This document shows, in pieces, positions 21,751-35,544 of a stretch of 64,000 nt of DNA (its first letter is position 1; the number at the start of each line of letters is the position of its first letter). Source of the DNA: Camelus dromedarius. Its lineage: Eukaryota. The notes beneath the pieces are model-generated. The model was not told where the DNA came from, ran no database searches, and saw only the letters and a list, made by a program, of their open reading frames with translations. The stretch spans positions 36,146,001-36,210,000 of the forward strand of contig NC_087442.1 of the NCBI RefSeq assembly GCF_036321535.1, written 5' to 3'. Both the position numbers and the translations under genes were made by a program.

Positions 21751-24329
21751 GGGGCCGGACCATCAAAAAACTCCCCTCACACACAGGTGGGTTACTTCTC
21801 TCACTTCCTCATCAGACCATGGCACTTTGGTCTCTTTTACCTCCATAAGGTACCTGGCAGACTTGCCCTAGGAACAGAGACAGACAGACAGAACACTAGT
21901 ATTCACGGACGTGTTTGCCTTTGCCTTTAACCATTGAATGTATCAAACCCAGCATGCAGCTAAATCTTGGTTTCTCCATTGCGCTGCTTGGCATGAGGGA
22001 ATTAAAAGGTGTGCCATTTCCCATTGCAGAAAGTCCACACACCATCTGTACCATTTTCCAGTCCTCAGATATCTGCCTTGCCACTCTCTGTGCTTTGGAA
22101 CCACCTCCCCGACTCAGTATGTTCGGGAAACATGGGTTTCATTTTAATAATAAGCTAAGCAAACCAAGTTACCAAGAAGGTAACTGCTGCAAACAGATCA
22201 TTCTTTATGAAGACAAGTATAAATTGAAGCTAAGGGGTGATTTAATTGTTGTCATCTTATTCAATTCTGCAAATTTTGTTTAGCTAGACATCATTGACTG
22301 AATAGTTCTTCCACTTCATTTGGTTTTAAAAATCTTTACCTTCAACATCAGATATTATCCTATTTACCTACTCCCCCAAAGTGTTTTTTTTTTTTAATGT
22401 AAAACCAACCGTGGAAACAGAATTAACCTCTTCAATAACTAGATCAAAATTATGCTGCAAAGCCTTTTTAGAAACATCCATTTCCAGCCCCCTAAAGATG
22501 TCCTGAAGCTAGTGATTTCAGCCAAATCTCCAAGTGGAAGGATAAAGCTCACTCTAACGCTTGGTGCTTTAAACTTTCCATTAATAAAGAACTCTTTTAG
22601 AAATAACACAAAACATTGAGAAAGGGGAAAAAATCCATGCAGTTCAATACCGTCCTTAACATCAGGGATGCCTCCTGGTCTGACTCTACGGATTTCTAGC
22701 GTATTGGAGAAAATGATCAAGTAGAAAGCCTTGTGCTCTTAAGCACTCAACAAATGTTTGTTGGCTTAAATTGTGTGGCTCCTTTGCAACTTCTTTCTTT
22801 TCATGGCATAATGTAACCTTTTTTTTTTTTTTTTTTTTTTTGCTGAGGCAACAGTGGCAGACCGAGTAGATTAAACCACAGGCAAGGTTGAATCTCAAGA
22901 GCAAGATGACTTGCTTTGTGAATCTGCTGATATTTGGCCAAGTCAAGGGCTAATCCACTCCTATCATGAGCAGAAAGAAATGCTGTGGGATTTCAGTAAG
23001 TGCAGAGACACAGGGAAATAGCTATATTTCCATAAGTAAAATAGCCATTACAATAGTTGTCTTTGCATTGTGACAGGACTTGGGAGTTCACTAATTTGCT
23101 AGCTTCTCTCAGTCTGTGATATTCTAGAAATCCAGGACTAGAAAAGCATTTGTATAGATGACAGAACAGTAATCTAGAATCTAAGACCTTGGATTTTTGT
23201 CTCTAAGAACTAAATTTTACAAGTCATTTAACCCTTATGCTCCTCAGCATCTTCACATGAGTAAAGAGGAGTTTAGACTTGGTGACTTCCGAGGCCATAT
23301 ATGTGTCAAGCTTCCAAACAATCCATCCCCTAGGGCTCATACTTCATTGATCATAATAACAATCTTTCTCACCGTGTCCAGAAAGAATCTTGGAATCCTT
23401 CTTAACACAGCACTAAGCCAGCCCCTGTCGAGCTATCAGTATTGACTTACAGCTGAAACTGATTTTTCATCCCGCTCCTGGGTCCTTTCCTCAGCTCCGT
23501 GCCTTGTGCAAGACTTTGGAAAGGAACCTACAGGGAGTTATCATCAGTATGCAGGGTTTCAGCAAGAAGGGAATGACAGTTCTTTACTCATCCCCTTGCT
23601 CAGCTGTTCCATGGAGGTGTTGCCATCTGACAAGGAGGGCTGCAGCCTGGCACTTTGGGAGCTCACGTTCTCTTCCTTTGAGCTATAAGTGCTGAGAGAC
23701 CTGTCAAGGAGAGCAGTTCACTGGCATCATTCCCAGACCTGAAACCATAATGAAATAAAATTTCATTCTGACTTGGTTGGAAGTCTTCTAGCCGAACATT
23801 TGAGGTAGCATCTGGGACAATTCAAACATCAACTTGCCTGGCTGAAATGAAGTACCCGTCAGTTAACGGCCTTCATACCAGCAGCCCCAGTTAGGGTCTC
23901 TTGGGACAGTTTCTGACTAGAGCCAACTGGTCCACAGGCCCCAGCAGGTGAGTGAGAGCCCACTCATGTCGAATGCGCCAGCAAGGTGAAATCTGCACTT
24001 CAGAAGCTTTATCATTTACAAAGAGGGATATCAAAGCAGGAAGTGGTCTGAAAGCCACCAACACTGATTCTTGCCCCTAGACCTAGACTCCTTAATGTTA
24101 AGGCTTTAATCCGAGGCTTGGGTTCTGGGGGTACTGTCCACTGACACTCTTTCTAGTATCCACAATAGCTGTAGCAGGGCCACACCCTTCCAGGTTTAGA
24201 GAGTGGCAGAAGTCAAGAGGCAAAAAGCCCCTATTCTAGATTTCATGAGCCAGACTCAAACGTCTTTGCGAAGTAGACCCAAGAACCTTTGCAAAGACCA
24301 CCTTATGGGCAATCCCTCTCCACCCTAAA

Positions 24330-24465
24330 CTTCCCAAGCACTGTGTAAATGACTATTCTATTCAACCTCTCTGAACCTTTGTTTTCCTTATCTGTAAAAA
24401 ATGGAGTTAAAGGTGCATATCTCACAGGGCTATTGAATGAAAATTAGAGAGATGCCTGTGTGAGT
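24330..24465 (+). mobile_element. MIR SINE core
   Basis: aacctctctgaacctttgttttccttatctgtaaaaaatggag...atctcacagggctattg. Confidence 0.8.
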
Positions 24466-26619
24466 GATGACTACACCATAACGTACCATGTGAGGAGAAG
24501 ACAGTATGATTCCATTCCTTGGGTAGAAGCCATTTATTTTTCCTGTCTCCCAGAATGTCTAACTCAGCTCTTTGGCTATGGAAGGTTCTCTATTAGGACA
24601 ACAAGGGTGCAGGCTGTCTGCTCTCAGGTCATGCTCCCAAATCCTGAGATGACCCCAACCCTGCTAGCACTGGAGGCCACCCAGAGAGGAAAGAACCCTG
24701 CATTTAGAACCAGGAGCCTGGGGCAGGGTGGGGAGACTCAACTCAGCCACTAGTAAGATTTAGGTCCTCTCCAGTCTTTAGTATCTTTTTCCCTTCAGGG
24801 ATAAAATACATACATTCTGTGAGATATGAAAAATAAATGGCCTCTAACCAAAGAATGTAATTGTACTGTTTTCTCCTTACACAGTGCATTACGATGTACT
24901 AATCACTATGCTACTGTGACATAGAAATGTCTGGAAAACAAAAGAATTAACAAATGCCATGGGCTTTGTGATTGTAACTGCAGGTATTACTATTATTTCA
25001 AATCTAATATCTCCTAATAACTCAGCCTCGTTTTTTGAGGAGGATTAGTTGTTGCTTCTGGATGATGTTTCTGGAAGCAGAGGACCAGAAGCTCCAGGAC
25101 GGTGAGGTACACTTTCCTGACTTTGGAAGCCAGTCAGGATCAAATGATGTTGTGCTTCTAGGCGGAAATGCTTTGTGGCACTCGGGAGGCTGTGAGCTGC
25201 CATAAATAATTGGTGGGTTTTACATTTGTAAGTCAAGATGTTCTTGGTCTCTGCACATGGTTTGTAAATCTTTCTGGATAGCCAAGCCTTAGCCATGCAA
25301 CACCAACTCTGTCTTTCTTCTTCTTGAAAACAGAATAAAAGCTTTGAAAAACATGCACATTTTGGGTTCTTCTCTGCGGGTTCTCAGACACTTGGTAGCT
25401 TTTCCCCCAAATCCTGCCTTACCTCCAGCCATGCACTTCACTCTCCTGAATTGTGCATTCTGTCAAGAGAGGAGAAGGAGTGATTCCTTTGTTTGTTACA
25501 TCTGGTGCTCTGTTTATTATAATCCCATAACATCTAGATCTTGAAGAAACTAGAGTCCTGAGATGGCAAATACATTTCATCTGGTGACAGCTTGGGTGCA
25601 CTGGTGGTGGCGGCCTAGGTCCCTACATCCGGGCTCAGTGGTCCCATGGGCAGGGAGGGGAGGGCAACAGCACGCAGTTACCTTATTACAGGTAAAGAAA
25701 GTGATGCTCAGAGAAATTGACTTGCTACTAGGTCTCTGTTAATAAGAGACAATGATCACATTTCCTCACTCTCTCAATTTATGCAACAGTCAATACTTGC
25801 TGAATGCCTACCGTGTTTGAGTTCCAGGCCCTGGTATTATCTATGACTATAGATAATCTATGAAAACCAGTGGATTAACCTGCATGGAGGTTTATTTTTC
25901 ATGCAATCATTAGCCTCAAATTTGGAATTACTCAGAATACAGAGGCTGTGATAAGAAAAATATCCAGCAAACTAGTTACTTATGCATTCACTAATTCATT
26001 CGTGCATTCACTTACGCATTTAGTCCCATACCCATTTACATAAAGAATAAATATCCACTTTCAAAAACTGGGGCCTTGTAAGAGATGTTTGAAAACAACT
26101 TGAAAGAAATCGATCAAAACTGGGCCGATGACTGCCCTTGCCTTCTGCCTTCCTTCCCCTCAGCCTCTCTTTTAGCGGCCTTGCTGGCACACAGTTGGAA
26201 ATGAACACAGAAGAAAATCGGAGCTATAAAAGCAAACCCAAGGGCTATACATTATCTTAGTCTTGCAAAGCAACCTACAAGGTGAAACCTAGATGAACCA
26301 AATATTTTTTCACTTTGCCAAAGGATTCTGAACTGTTGGAACAGCCAAGAGAGAAAGAATTTGTAACTATGGTGATTGGGAACTGTGACAGTTCTGTGTC
26401 ACCTAGGCAGAGGTATAAACATCAGTGGGTAGGAAAATCTCTTAGCCCCAAATCTCAGCCCTGTAGGTAACTATACAGCAGTCACACCAGCTGTGTGTGG
26501 TGATCTGTCTGTCTCTCCCATGCCTGGTTATTTGTCCTTCGTAGGCTCACTCCCAGTCACTTGGTTCAAAGCCAGGGCAGTATCAGGAACACTTGTCTGG
26601 TGGGTGTGAGAATCGTGCC

Positions 26620-26997
26620 CTCTGTGTGCTAGGCACTTTACACATGCATAGGGCCTTTTAATGGCGTCTCCCAAACCCTTAAAGAGTATTTTTAGTGTCA
26701 TTACTATTTTTAAATTACCACATGCTATGGTCTATCAGGGTACAACTTTGACCAAAGAGTACCTCCTCCTATACTCAAAGGATGGATGGAAGTCGGGGAT
26801 CAGGACATCTTTGGTGCTGATTCTCAGTCTCCATCCTTTTTCCTAACCCAGTTTCAGTAGAGTGCTAAGAGCAATGCTAAAAGGCATTACATCCCTTTTT
26901 ACAGATAAGGAAACAGAGACATCAAAGAGTTAGCTTATGATCCACCTAGTAAGTGGCAGAGTGAAGTTCAAATCCAGGTCTGTCTGATTCCCAAGCC
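26620..26997 (-). mobile_element. MIR SINE split by about 180 bp of other sequence
   Basis: ctgtgtgctaggcactttacacatg... and cccttttacagataaggaaacagag...gtaagtggcagagtgaagttcaaatccaggtctgtctgattcccaagcc. Confidence 0.75.
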
Positions 26998-27022
26998 TGT
27001 GTGTGTGTGTGTGTGTGTGTGT
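26998..27022. repeat. (TG)12 microsatellite
   Basis: Seen directly. Confidence 0.95.
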
Positions 27023-27190
27023 CTTCCAAGTCACTACGTATATATACACATATATGTTTCAGAAAAGTATGATAACGTGGTTAACAGCTGACCTTTAAGC
27101 ATAAAATTCTGTTATGATAAAATTCTGTATGAGTAGAATTGAGATAGAATGGGGAATATGGAAAGTAGAGTGGGAATTTGAGTTCTAGAA

Positions 27191-27404
27191 CAGAGGTAGG
27201 CAGAAGTGAGTCATGGGCCAAATCCAACCCGTTGCCTGTTCGTGTAAATAAAATGTGACTGGAATACGGCCGTGCCCATTAGTCTGTGCATTGTCTGTGA
27301 CTGCTCTCGTGCTACAAGAGCGTTGTGGAGTGTGTATGACAGAGACTGCTTGAAACGCCTAAAATAATATTTAGTCTTTTATATGAAAAGTTTGCTGACC
27401 TGTG
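27191..27404 (+). mobile_element. MER58A hAT-Charlie MITE
   Basis: gggccaaatccaacccgttgcctgtt...gtaaataaaa...gtgctacaa...gacagagac...gcctaaaata...aaaagtttgctgacc is colinear with MER58A; preceded by ttctagaa. Confidence 0.9.
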
Positions 27405-27419
27405 TTAAAGGAGAAAAAT

Positions 27420-27742
27420 GAGGATGTAAAATTTCCAACTATCCAAGAAGAGCTTATTCATGTACATTTAAATGAGCAATTATGAGTGTCAAATCATTGT
27501 TGTAAGTATACCCATTTTTCAAAGTGACTCAACAGTTTTATTTTTAAATTATCCATATTGTAATACATTGAAAATTATATTCTTTGCAACTATTTCAACT
27601 TTGATAAAAAATTTAAAATGTCACCTTAAAAATGTGTAAGAAAGAGGCTTCATAGATTTTTTAAACATTTTTTATTGATTTATAATCATTTTGCAATGTT
27701 GCGTCAAATAGATTTTTAAAAACAGAGATTTGGAGACCACTG
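27420..27742. mobile_element. hAT-Charlie-type terminal fragment (family uncertain)
   Basis: AT-rich body ending in the TIR-like tttggagaccactg followed by a ccctagaa target-like sequence. Confidence 0.5.
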
Positions 27743-28176
27743 CCCTAGAAGACAGGATCGGGAATGTGAGTTTCCATAGTTCACAGCCATCCTGTGGTGG
27801 GCGGGGGCTTGTTTTTCTTGTAGAGTAAATTGAGCCCCATGTCAGTATCTCACCCTTCACTCAAGCTGTTCTCCTGCAGCCTCAGGGGTTGGCTGATGGG
27901 AATATGGGACTCTAACAGGACAGTGTCGAAGAGTAGTTTTTTAAATGCCTGGGCTCAGTTCTACAGATCAGAAAAACCCTTCACGAGTCCCTATATTGGC
28001 CCTCGTATCAGCCATCTAGGAGAGGGAAAAACAGCAGTGCCTTTGAGAAGGTAGAAGGCTGGGCTTTTCAAGATGTGCAGGCGGAGTTGATGGGAGCCTG
28101 TGCTGTGCTCCAGCTGCTCAGACTGTGGCTGCACCGCACAAGTGGGCGTTTAAACCTGCCTAGCAACCTTGCTGCC

Positions 28177-28588
28177 TGTTACGGGCTGAATCGTACCCTT
28201 CTCCAAAAAAGATACGCTGGTCTTAACCATTAGCACCTCAGAATGTGACCTTAGGTGGAGATAGGGTCTTTCTTTACGGAGGTAACCAAGTTCAAGTGAG
28301 GTCATTAGAATGGCCTTAATGCAAGATGACTGCTGTCCCTATAAAAAGGGGAAATTTGCACACACAGTTAAGACATGCACTGAGGGAAGATGATGTGAAA
28401 AGACAGAGGAAGAAGACAGCAATCTACAAACCAAAGAGAGGTCTAGAATAGATTTGTCCCTCACAGACCTCAGGAGGAACCAACGGTGCTGACACCTTGA
28501 TTCCAGACTTCCGATCTCCGACATGTTCCTGTTGCTTAAGGTCCCCGTCTGTGGTTCTTTGTTACAGCAGCCCTAGCAAACTGATACA
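28177..28588 (+). mobile_element. MLT1B-like ERVL-MaLR solo LTR
   Basis: TG...CA termini, 412 bp; cacctcagaatgtgacctta, ggaggaaccaacggtgctgacaccttg, ttgttacagcagccctagcaaactgataca; TSD ctgcc/ctgca. Confidence 0.93.
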
Positions 28589-28814
28589 CTGCACTCAAAA
28601 ACATAGGTTCTTCTAATGGACTTTCCAAAGCCCAGTGATTTTTATGTTTACTATAGCTATGTTTTGAAATTACTACATAACATGGTCCATCAGAACCAAG
28701 CTGTTATCAGAGTGCATCTAAAGATGGAGAATTGGAACCAGGGGAGCTTTGCCACTGGCCCCTCGTCTCCTTCCTTTCCTTTAGAGCCATCCAGCAGAGC
28801 AGTTACGATTAAAA

Positions 28815-28998
28815 ATTCTGGAGCCAGAGTGTTTGGGTTTTAAATCCTACCAGCTGTGTGAGCTTGGGGCCTGAATAGCCTCAGTTGTTAAATAGAAGAA
28901 AAACACTACCTGCTTTGTTAATTTATTGTAAAAACCAACTGAGTTAATAACATGTAAAACTCTTAGTGTTCAGCACGTAGTAAGTGCTCAACAATTAA
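28815..28998 (+). mobile_element. MIR SINE
   Basis: ctggagccagagtgtttgggttttaaatcct...catgtaaaactcttag...cagcacgtagtaagtgctcaacaa. Confidence 0.8.
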
Positions 28999-30363
28999 AT
29001 ATCCATTGTCTTATTGGGGGACCCAAGAGAACAACTTTTGCCTAAGACCACCCCAGACCCATGAGCCATTTAGCAAGTACTACCTGCACGCTTCTCTGGA
29101 ATTCTGGAAATTTTATTTGTGAAATTACCATATGAATGTTTGAAGAGGGTTTTTGAAAAAAATCCCGGATAGCCTTTTCTCTTGTTTTATCCTGTCTTAT
29201 TCTTGGAAAGGCTAATGTTTGAGAATAGCTACCATGCTTTATTAATCCTTTAAAAAAAAAAAAAAGTATCTGCTCTGGTACCAGTTGGCAGTTAGATTCC
29301 ATCAGTCACTCGAGATTATGGATTAACTCACTGATCTTTTTACCCTTCGAGCTAATTAGCCTTTGGACAAATAAAGCTAGTCACAGAACCCAAGCACAGC
29401 TGACCAAACACATTTCAAAGAGTAAATTCTGTGGGTAAATAATGCCAAGCTTACTTAGATCTCTCGATGATGCTGCTGTTCTGAGTCACTGGAATCTTGA
29501 GTTAGCGTTGGACATGAGATGTTTACAGCCTTTCAAAGCAATAGGAGAAACATGACTAGAGATACCTCATCTGTTCCTAACCTACCCCCAACCCCCCATT
29601 TAAAATGATTTTTTCTCTTATGTTCTCAAATAACTGGCCCAGTTCGACTTCAAATGACTTAAGCATACCCTTTGGGACCCTTGTTTAACAGATAAGGGAG
29701 ACTTTCCTAGGTATCCAGCTGAAATGCAATGTTTCTTAATTTAATGTAATTACCACTATCTGCCAAGACTTTCTCCATATCTCAAAAAAGCCTTAACCAG
29801 TTCATGCCTCACCTCAGTGTTAAGGCTTGCTAAGTACTTACAGATAATTATCATATTCTCTTAGACAGTGTTTGGTGAAACTCAGTATTTCTAAACTCTT
29901 CATTCGTTGCTAAAGAAGACCTCTGCAGTGAGTCCTGTTCAAGCTCCCTTTAGTTGAAATTATTCTTACACTGTAGAATCTTAGACAGCCTCACCAGAGT
30001 GTCCTTGGTGGTTGCAGGGAGAGCTTCTCTGTGGGGCATCACCATCATCCTGGTAGTGACAGCTGGAATGGTGGCCCGTCCTGATGTCCAGCTCTATTGG
30101 CTTCTCCCCTGACATCTCTCTCTCTGCATGGGCAGCCTTTACACGTTCTTTTGAGTGGCCCCTGCTTCTTCCTGATCCCACAGGACAGAGCTCTGGAGAA
30201 GGAATTCCAGACTGAGTGACCAGCTGTGACATTGAGCAACCACATACCTAAGTCACTGGGTTTTGGTTTTTGTTCTTGCATTTGGGAAAACAGAAAACAG
30301 GAAATGGTTTAGCCCTTATTCCAGAAAGGTAGTAAAAGTGGGGTGATTTTGCATTGTTATCAG

Positions 30364-30510
30364 TATTCATTAATTCAACAGAACATTTATCAAGTGAATA
30401 CTAAGTGCCTAGCCCTGTGCTTGGTAAATAGGAGGAATCCAAAGAAAATGCAATCTAGACTTTGCTCTCAGAGATCTTAGAAACAGTGAAGCACTTACAA
30501 GACGGTAAAC
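30364..30510 (-). mobile_element. L2 3' end
   Basis: attcattaattcaacagaacatttatcaagtgaatactaagtgcctagccctgtgct. Confidence 0.75.
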
Positions 30511-30689
30511 CTGAACTGTATTATGTAATAATAACAGAATTGTGAGCTCCAAGCAGACTAAGTCCTAGGCCACCATTCTGTAGCTACTATATTTGGAAAC
30601 ATATCCTATGGTGACGAGCATCTGCACTCGCATGGACTTTCCCAAACCAGGTTATCACCTCTGATACCCAAGTGGCATCCGTCTAAACG

Positions 30690-31000
30690 AATTATGACAA
30701 TATGAGTTTATTATACAGAATGAACTATATTTGATATGGAAAATGACCAAGAAATATTTCTCAGCGAACAAAAAAAGGTAGTAGGACATTACACAGCATA
30801 TGATCCATGGTGTGTGTGTGTGTGCACATACGTAGGGAAAGTCTGAAAGATAAATAAGACAATGCCAAGAATGGGGAATGCTGGAGAACAAGACGAGGGA
30901 CCCAGAAGAGGACTTTTGTTACTTTTGTTTTTAATATGATGCTCTTCTTACATATTGTTAGTGTAAGTATGCATTGACTTGTATATTTATTTTAATCATC
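30690..31000 (+). mobile_element. L1ME-like 3' end
   Basis: gatatggaaaatgaccaagaaatatttctcagcgaacaaaaaaagg...cagcatatgatccat. Confidence 0.6.
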
Positions 31001-31150
31001 AAAGTGAATTCTTTAAAAAATCTAAATCACAATAAAATATTAATAAAAATTAAAACCTTTTACAATATTATCAGTATAGGAAAATGTGTTTACTCTTGAA
31101 TTTCATTATGGGAGAAATATAATTTGGAATTTGTTTTAGGAATAGTTACA

Positions 31151-31355
31151 GCAGTGATTCTCACTCCTTGCTGCACACTATCACCTATTGATTCTTTTGA
31201 AAATTGAGAGACCCAGCCCTGAATCACCTTAATTTTATAAACCAGAATTGCAAGTGAGGATTAATTGTGTTTAAAAATAACACACATACTCACACGTACA
31301 GAGCCGCCGCCACCAACTTCCTCAGGTGATTCTGATGTGCACCAAGTTAAAGCAT
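31151..31355. mobile_element. MER5-type MITE, degraded
   Basis: cagtgattctcactccttgctgcacacta...ttcctcaggtgattctgatgtgcaccaagt. Confidence 0.65.
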
Positions 31356-31399
31356 AGAACCAGAGAGGAAATGAAAGATGACAGTACCACCCACTGTGG

Positions 31400-31400
<1 letters not shown>

Positions 31401-31436
<36 letters not shown>
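31401..31436. repeat. (TA)18 microsatellite
   Basis: Seen directly. Confidence 0.97.
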
Positions 31437-31437
<1 letters not shown>

Positions 31438-31449
31438 TAAGTTAAACTT

Positions 31450-32445
31450 CCTTGGAAAAGATAAAAATCTTAAATTGGATTAAAAAACAATATGCAGTCA
31501 TATTTACTCACAAAATAATCACCGAAGTAAATGATAGACAAAAGTTTTTAAGGAAAAATAGAGCACACAAGTGGGAGAAAAAGAAAGTAGGAATAGCAAT
31601 ATGGACAGCAAAGAAGAAATTAAGCCGAAAAGCATTAAATTGGACAAAGACTCATTTCATACATAAGATGTTCAAACTAAAATAATAAAAATAAAATAGT
31701 CATAAATCTTTATTCACAATATATCAATGTCATCGAAAGAAAAATTTAAGGAAAGAAAAGAATGGACAAAAATATATCCATGAAAAAACATCACTGCAAA
31801 AATAAAAAGCACATTGTTGTATTATTACTATATTATGTTTCAAATAAAACATATAAAATGTTTTGTAAACATAATCAACCAGTAGGTGCATACTGAATTG
31901 GCACCTTACACTGAAATGCATGCCTTCTTTTCAAGTATCCATGCAACTTTTTAAAAAAATGTGTCACTTACATGGGCAAAAGTCCTTAATAAATTCTGAA
32001 AGTAACAGACTTCTAAATATTGTTATTGAATCAAAGAGGAAATAAAAGCTATTATTAGAGGCTATTCAGAAAGTGCTGATGTTGAGAACATGGCATGCCA
32101 AAACTTACAAGATACAGCCAAAGCGGTCCTCAAATAGTATATTTATGGCCTTAAAAAAATCACCATTTTTTAAAAAGAACGAAAATAAGTGAACCAAGGA
32201 TTTAACTCAAGTTAGTTAGAAAATAACAATAAAAGAACAAAGAAGGGGCAAAAGGAAAGATACAATAAACAATAATAAACCAGAAAATAGAGAAATAACA
32301 AACAGTAAGTGAATCTAAGGACTACTTCTATCAAATTGCTAATAGCCATTGACAATTTCATCAAAGAAAACATAGAGGAAATATGAATTAACAAAGTTAT
32401 AATTGAAAATGAGATGAAAGCAGGCATTAGATGACTAAGACATTG
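31450..32445 (+). mobile_element. Old L1M ORF2 endonuclease-region relic
   Basis: Very A-rich; aaagtaggaatagcaata, ccttcttttcaagtatccatg, atgccaaaacttacaagatacagccaaagcggtcctca appear in L1 ORF2 order; the ORF track gives KKVGIAI (L1 KAGVAIL-like). Confidence 0.8.
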
Positions 32446-32501
32446 TTAATGAATTTGATGGGGGGCAATATGCTACTAGACTGGATAAACCTCAGTTGCT
32501 C

Positions 32502-32527
32502 TGTGTGTGTGTGTGTGTGTGTGTGTG
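32502..32527. repeat. (TG)13 microsatellite
   Basis: Seen directly. Confidence 0.97.
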
Positions 32528-32599
32528 CAAATAATTATACACAAGATAATTATAGGCCACTTGTGAATATGATGTATTTGGGAGGACAAAATATATAAA

Positions 32600-33045
32600 T
32601 TGCTAGCAAAGCAAGTCCCCTTACTTTGCTGGCTGAGATATGTATTTGTACAATCTTCCTGAAAATGGCAATATGTATCAAGAACTTAAAATTTTCTGTG
32701 ATCCTTGACTCTCTTATTCCAAATCAAGTAGTTTATCATAAGGAAATCAGAAATTTGGAAAAATATTCTTGGATAGGAGATGGAGTTTGGGAAGACTAAT
32801 GTCATAGGAGTGTGCTGATGATACTAACGTTTGCGATGGGGGGGATGCAAAAGTAGAATGACTTCATCTAGAAAAAAATGTAATTATGAACCAAAATAAT
32901 TCAGGAAGATGGCATCACAATGTTAACACATTATTTGAGAGTAAGGATTACAAATGATCTTTATCTTCTTTCTTGTAGTTTTATGGGTCTTCCAAATATT
33001 CTTCAAAGAAATAGCAATCTTTTGTAATTAGACAATAAAATTACT
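32600..33045 (+). mobile_element. L1ME-like 3' fragments
   Basis: ggcaatatgtatcaagaacttaaaa...tttatcataaggaaat; gtaaggattacaaatgatcttta. Confidence 0.55.
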
Positions 33046-33474
33046 AATATAAAAGGAGAACTTTTAGTATAAAACAATAGAAAAAGCAGGGAAAGCACAT
33101 ACAAAAAGCATGTGTGTGTAACATATCAAGGCTGAGGATGACACAAACCCTAATGTTCACTGGATAGTGTGTTTGCTTTCCATTTCCCTGAAGACCAAAT
33201 GAATGAGAGGTGGAGGGAGAAGGTACCAGCTAGGACATGTTCTCTTTCCAAGACGTGATGTCTTTGGTGTCCCAGTGGGTCCATCGTGGGCTTTTTATCA
33301 TTAAACCCTAGGAAGTCAAATGTTGCTTGCCATGTATTTAAATCCCTACTAAAAATACATCTTGCCCACCCAGAAACACTGACTCCTTTTCCCCCCTTTC
33401 TACCCTTTCTTTTAAGTCTGAACTTCTGGAAGGAGCCAACACCTTCCTTTTACCAGAAGCACAAAGTTTGGCCA

Positions 33475-33493
33475 ATACTCCCCCTGGTGGCAA
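33475..33493 (-). promoter_or_regulatory. CTCF motif (TTGCCACCAGGGGGAGTAT on the minus strand)
   Basis: Core CCACCAGGGGG intact relative to consensus TGGCCACCAGGGGGCGCTA. Confidence 0.6.
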
Positions 33494-35544
33494 TTTAACA
33501 AATCTCCTAAAATGATTTATCCAAGAGCCAGGGCTGAAAATTGATGCCAGCCCGGGTTAATTGAGACACTTGTTAATGAGACATTGCTGGGCTTCACATC
33601 AGAAGAGTTGCTCAGAATATATATTCCTCTTCTAATAAGTAGTCCAGGTAATTAAAATACTCAAGTTAGGGTCTGTTGACCTAGGTTCTATATCCCTGTA
33701 TGATTTAGAAAAGAGAGGTAATATGAGAAGAAAGAAGTTCTTATAAACTACCTTAGGATCAACTTCCAAAAAGCATAGAAGCCAGAGGTGTTTTTATTAA
33801 TTTTCTCCAGTGAACGCTCGTGAGAACACCCACTGCTGCTTTTCTCCCTTGTGCTACCTGCAAATATACAGGAATGTAAATGACAGACAAGGTAGTCATA
33901 CTTGGATATTGTTGCTTGATTATTCTCTGTTCATATCTCTAAACACCCTCCATAACTTAGGTTTTTTTCTCCAGTTTCTAGCCAGTCAGCCCCTTTGGAA
34001 CAGCCTGCTGATTTCATCAACATGCTGCTTATCATGTTTTCCAGATGGTTAATGGGTCTCTTAAATAAAACTGGCCCTAATTCTTACTGGTGTTTCTATT
34101 CCGGTCCCTTTTGTAAAATAACTTCTTTCATGGTCAAAGTGTCTTTTCATTATTTCTCTGTAGTCTTTGGTGATCTCTTTTCACCACTTCTTTGTTCAAA
34201 ACCGTTGAATGGCACATTAATTCAATTCATTGATGTTAATAGTATTTGCAGGGAAGAGGAGACTGTTCGTATTAATATCAACACATTACCCAAATCTTTT
34301 ATCATTTACATGTAAAGTTTTAGAGAACGGGCTTGTCATCACTACTGATGGAGAGAGGCAAGGGCCTTCTTGTTGTGGAACCACGGACTGGTAATTCCCA
34401 TTGCTGCTTCTGCTTTGGGAAGGAGTATTCTTATCGTGTCAAACAGCATTATTTGAGGAGCAGTACATACAGACCGAGTTTTCAGGACTCCCACTTGAAA
34501 ACCCTATGGCCCTAATACTCTGCTACACAAAGAATTCCAAATATAAATAACCTTTGAGCTGACCCATCGATTCGGGTCTGATTCCCATTTCACAAATGAT
34601 TTCCAAGGTATACAGTCAGGTCATAGAAAAGTGACATTAAAACTCATGTTGGCAGAATGCCGTTGTGGCATGACTTCTGCAATAATGAATGGCTGAAAAG
34701 TAGGTGAGATAATGTAAGATTTGAATGGGGTTGTATCCTGAGAGGAAGGCAGCCAGAGGTCCTGAGAATTAATGGAGGAGCCGCAGAAAAAATATGGCTC
34801 TATTACACCAAGCACTTCCCTCTTTTCCTTTCTATTGCCTGACTGAGATGATTCGGCAGAGTTTAAAAATAAATGAACTGTATTCGTTTTTCCTTCAGAG
34901 CTTTTCTTTGAAGATATTCTGTAAAAAAAAAAAAAAAGAAATACTAACACAGGCATGTGGCAGGGATCTAGGCATGAAAATGTAAGCAGTCTATTCAGCG
35001 GTATGTATTTAATAGCCCAGCACTCCTCATGTGGGGAGATATGCCTGGTTCCAATTAAGGTCCTATCATACAGGCCAATGTGATGCTTCAAAGAGATGTT
35101 AATGACCTGCTAGGTAATGCAGAGGAAATGATGTTTCGAATGAGTTTTAGGAGCATTTGAACCTTTCCACTGTCATCTTTACACGGCAACATGTAGTCAT
35201 TGGGATTATGTTTTTTACAGCAACTCGATTCCAATTTTCATTACCAACTAGAGACAGGATTCTTTTGCAGGCTTACCATCTATGTTGATCATTGCTTTTC
35301 ACATTTTATTTTAGCCACAGAACCCTTATTTTAAACAGAGTGGACCCCTACTTATAAAGCACATGAGAGTGCAGCTCTGTGATAGAAACAAGGTTGGACA
35401 TCTCAGAGATTGCCCTCACCCTCCCTAAGCTTTTATTCCAGTGCCTCCCTCACGTCTCTCCATAGCTGAGTTTAAAAATAATCTTCCGGGAGGAAGAACA
35501 AGATTTCTTATAACCTGGGTGGGGCGGCGTGGAATGCCTTTAAT

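Noticed and set aside
23792-23947. 156-nt exon-like segment ending in a strong CAG|GTGAGT donor
   Set aside because: Stops in all frames and a weak acceptor.
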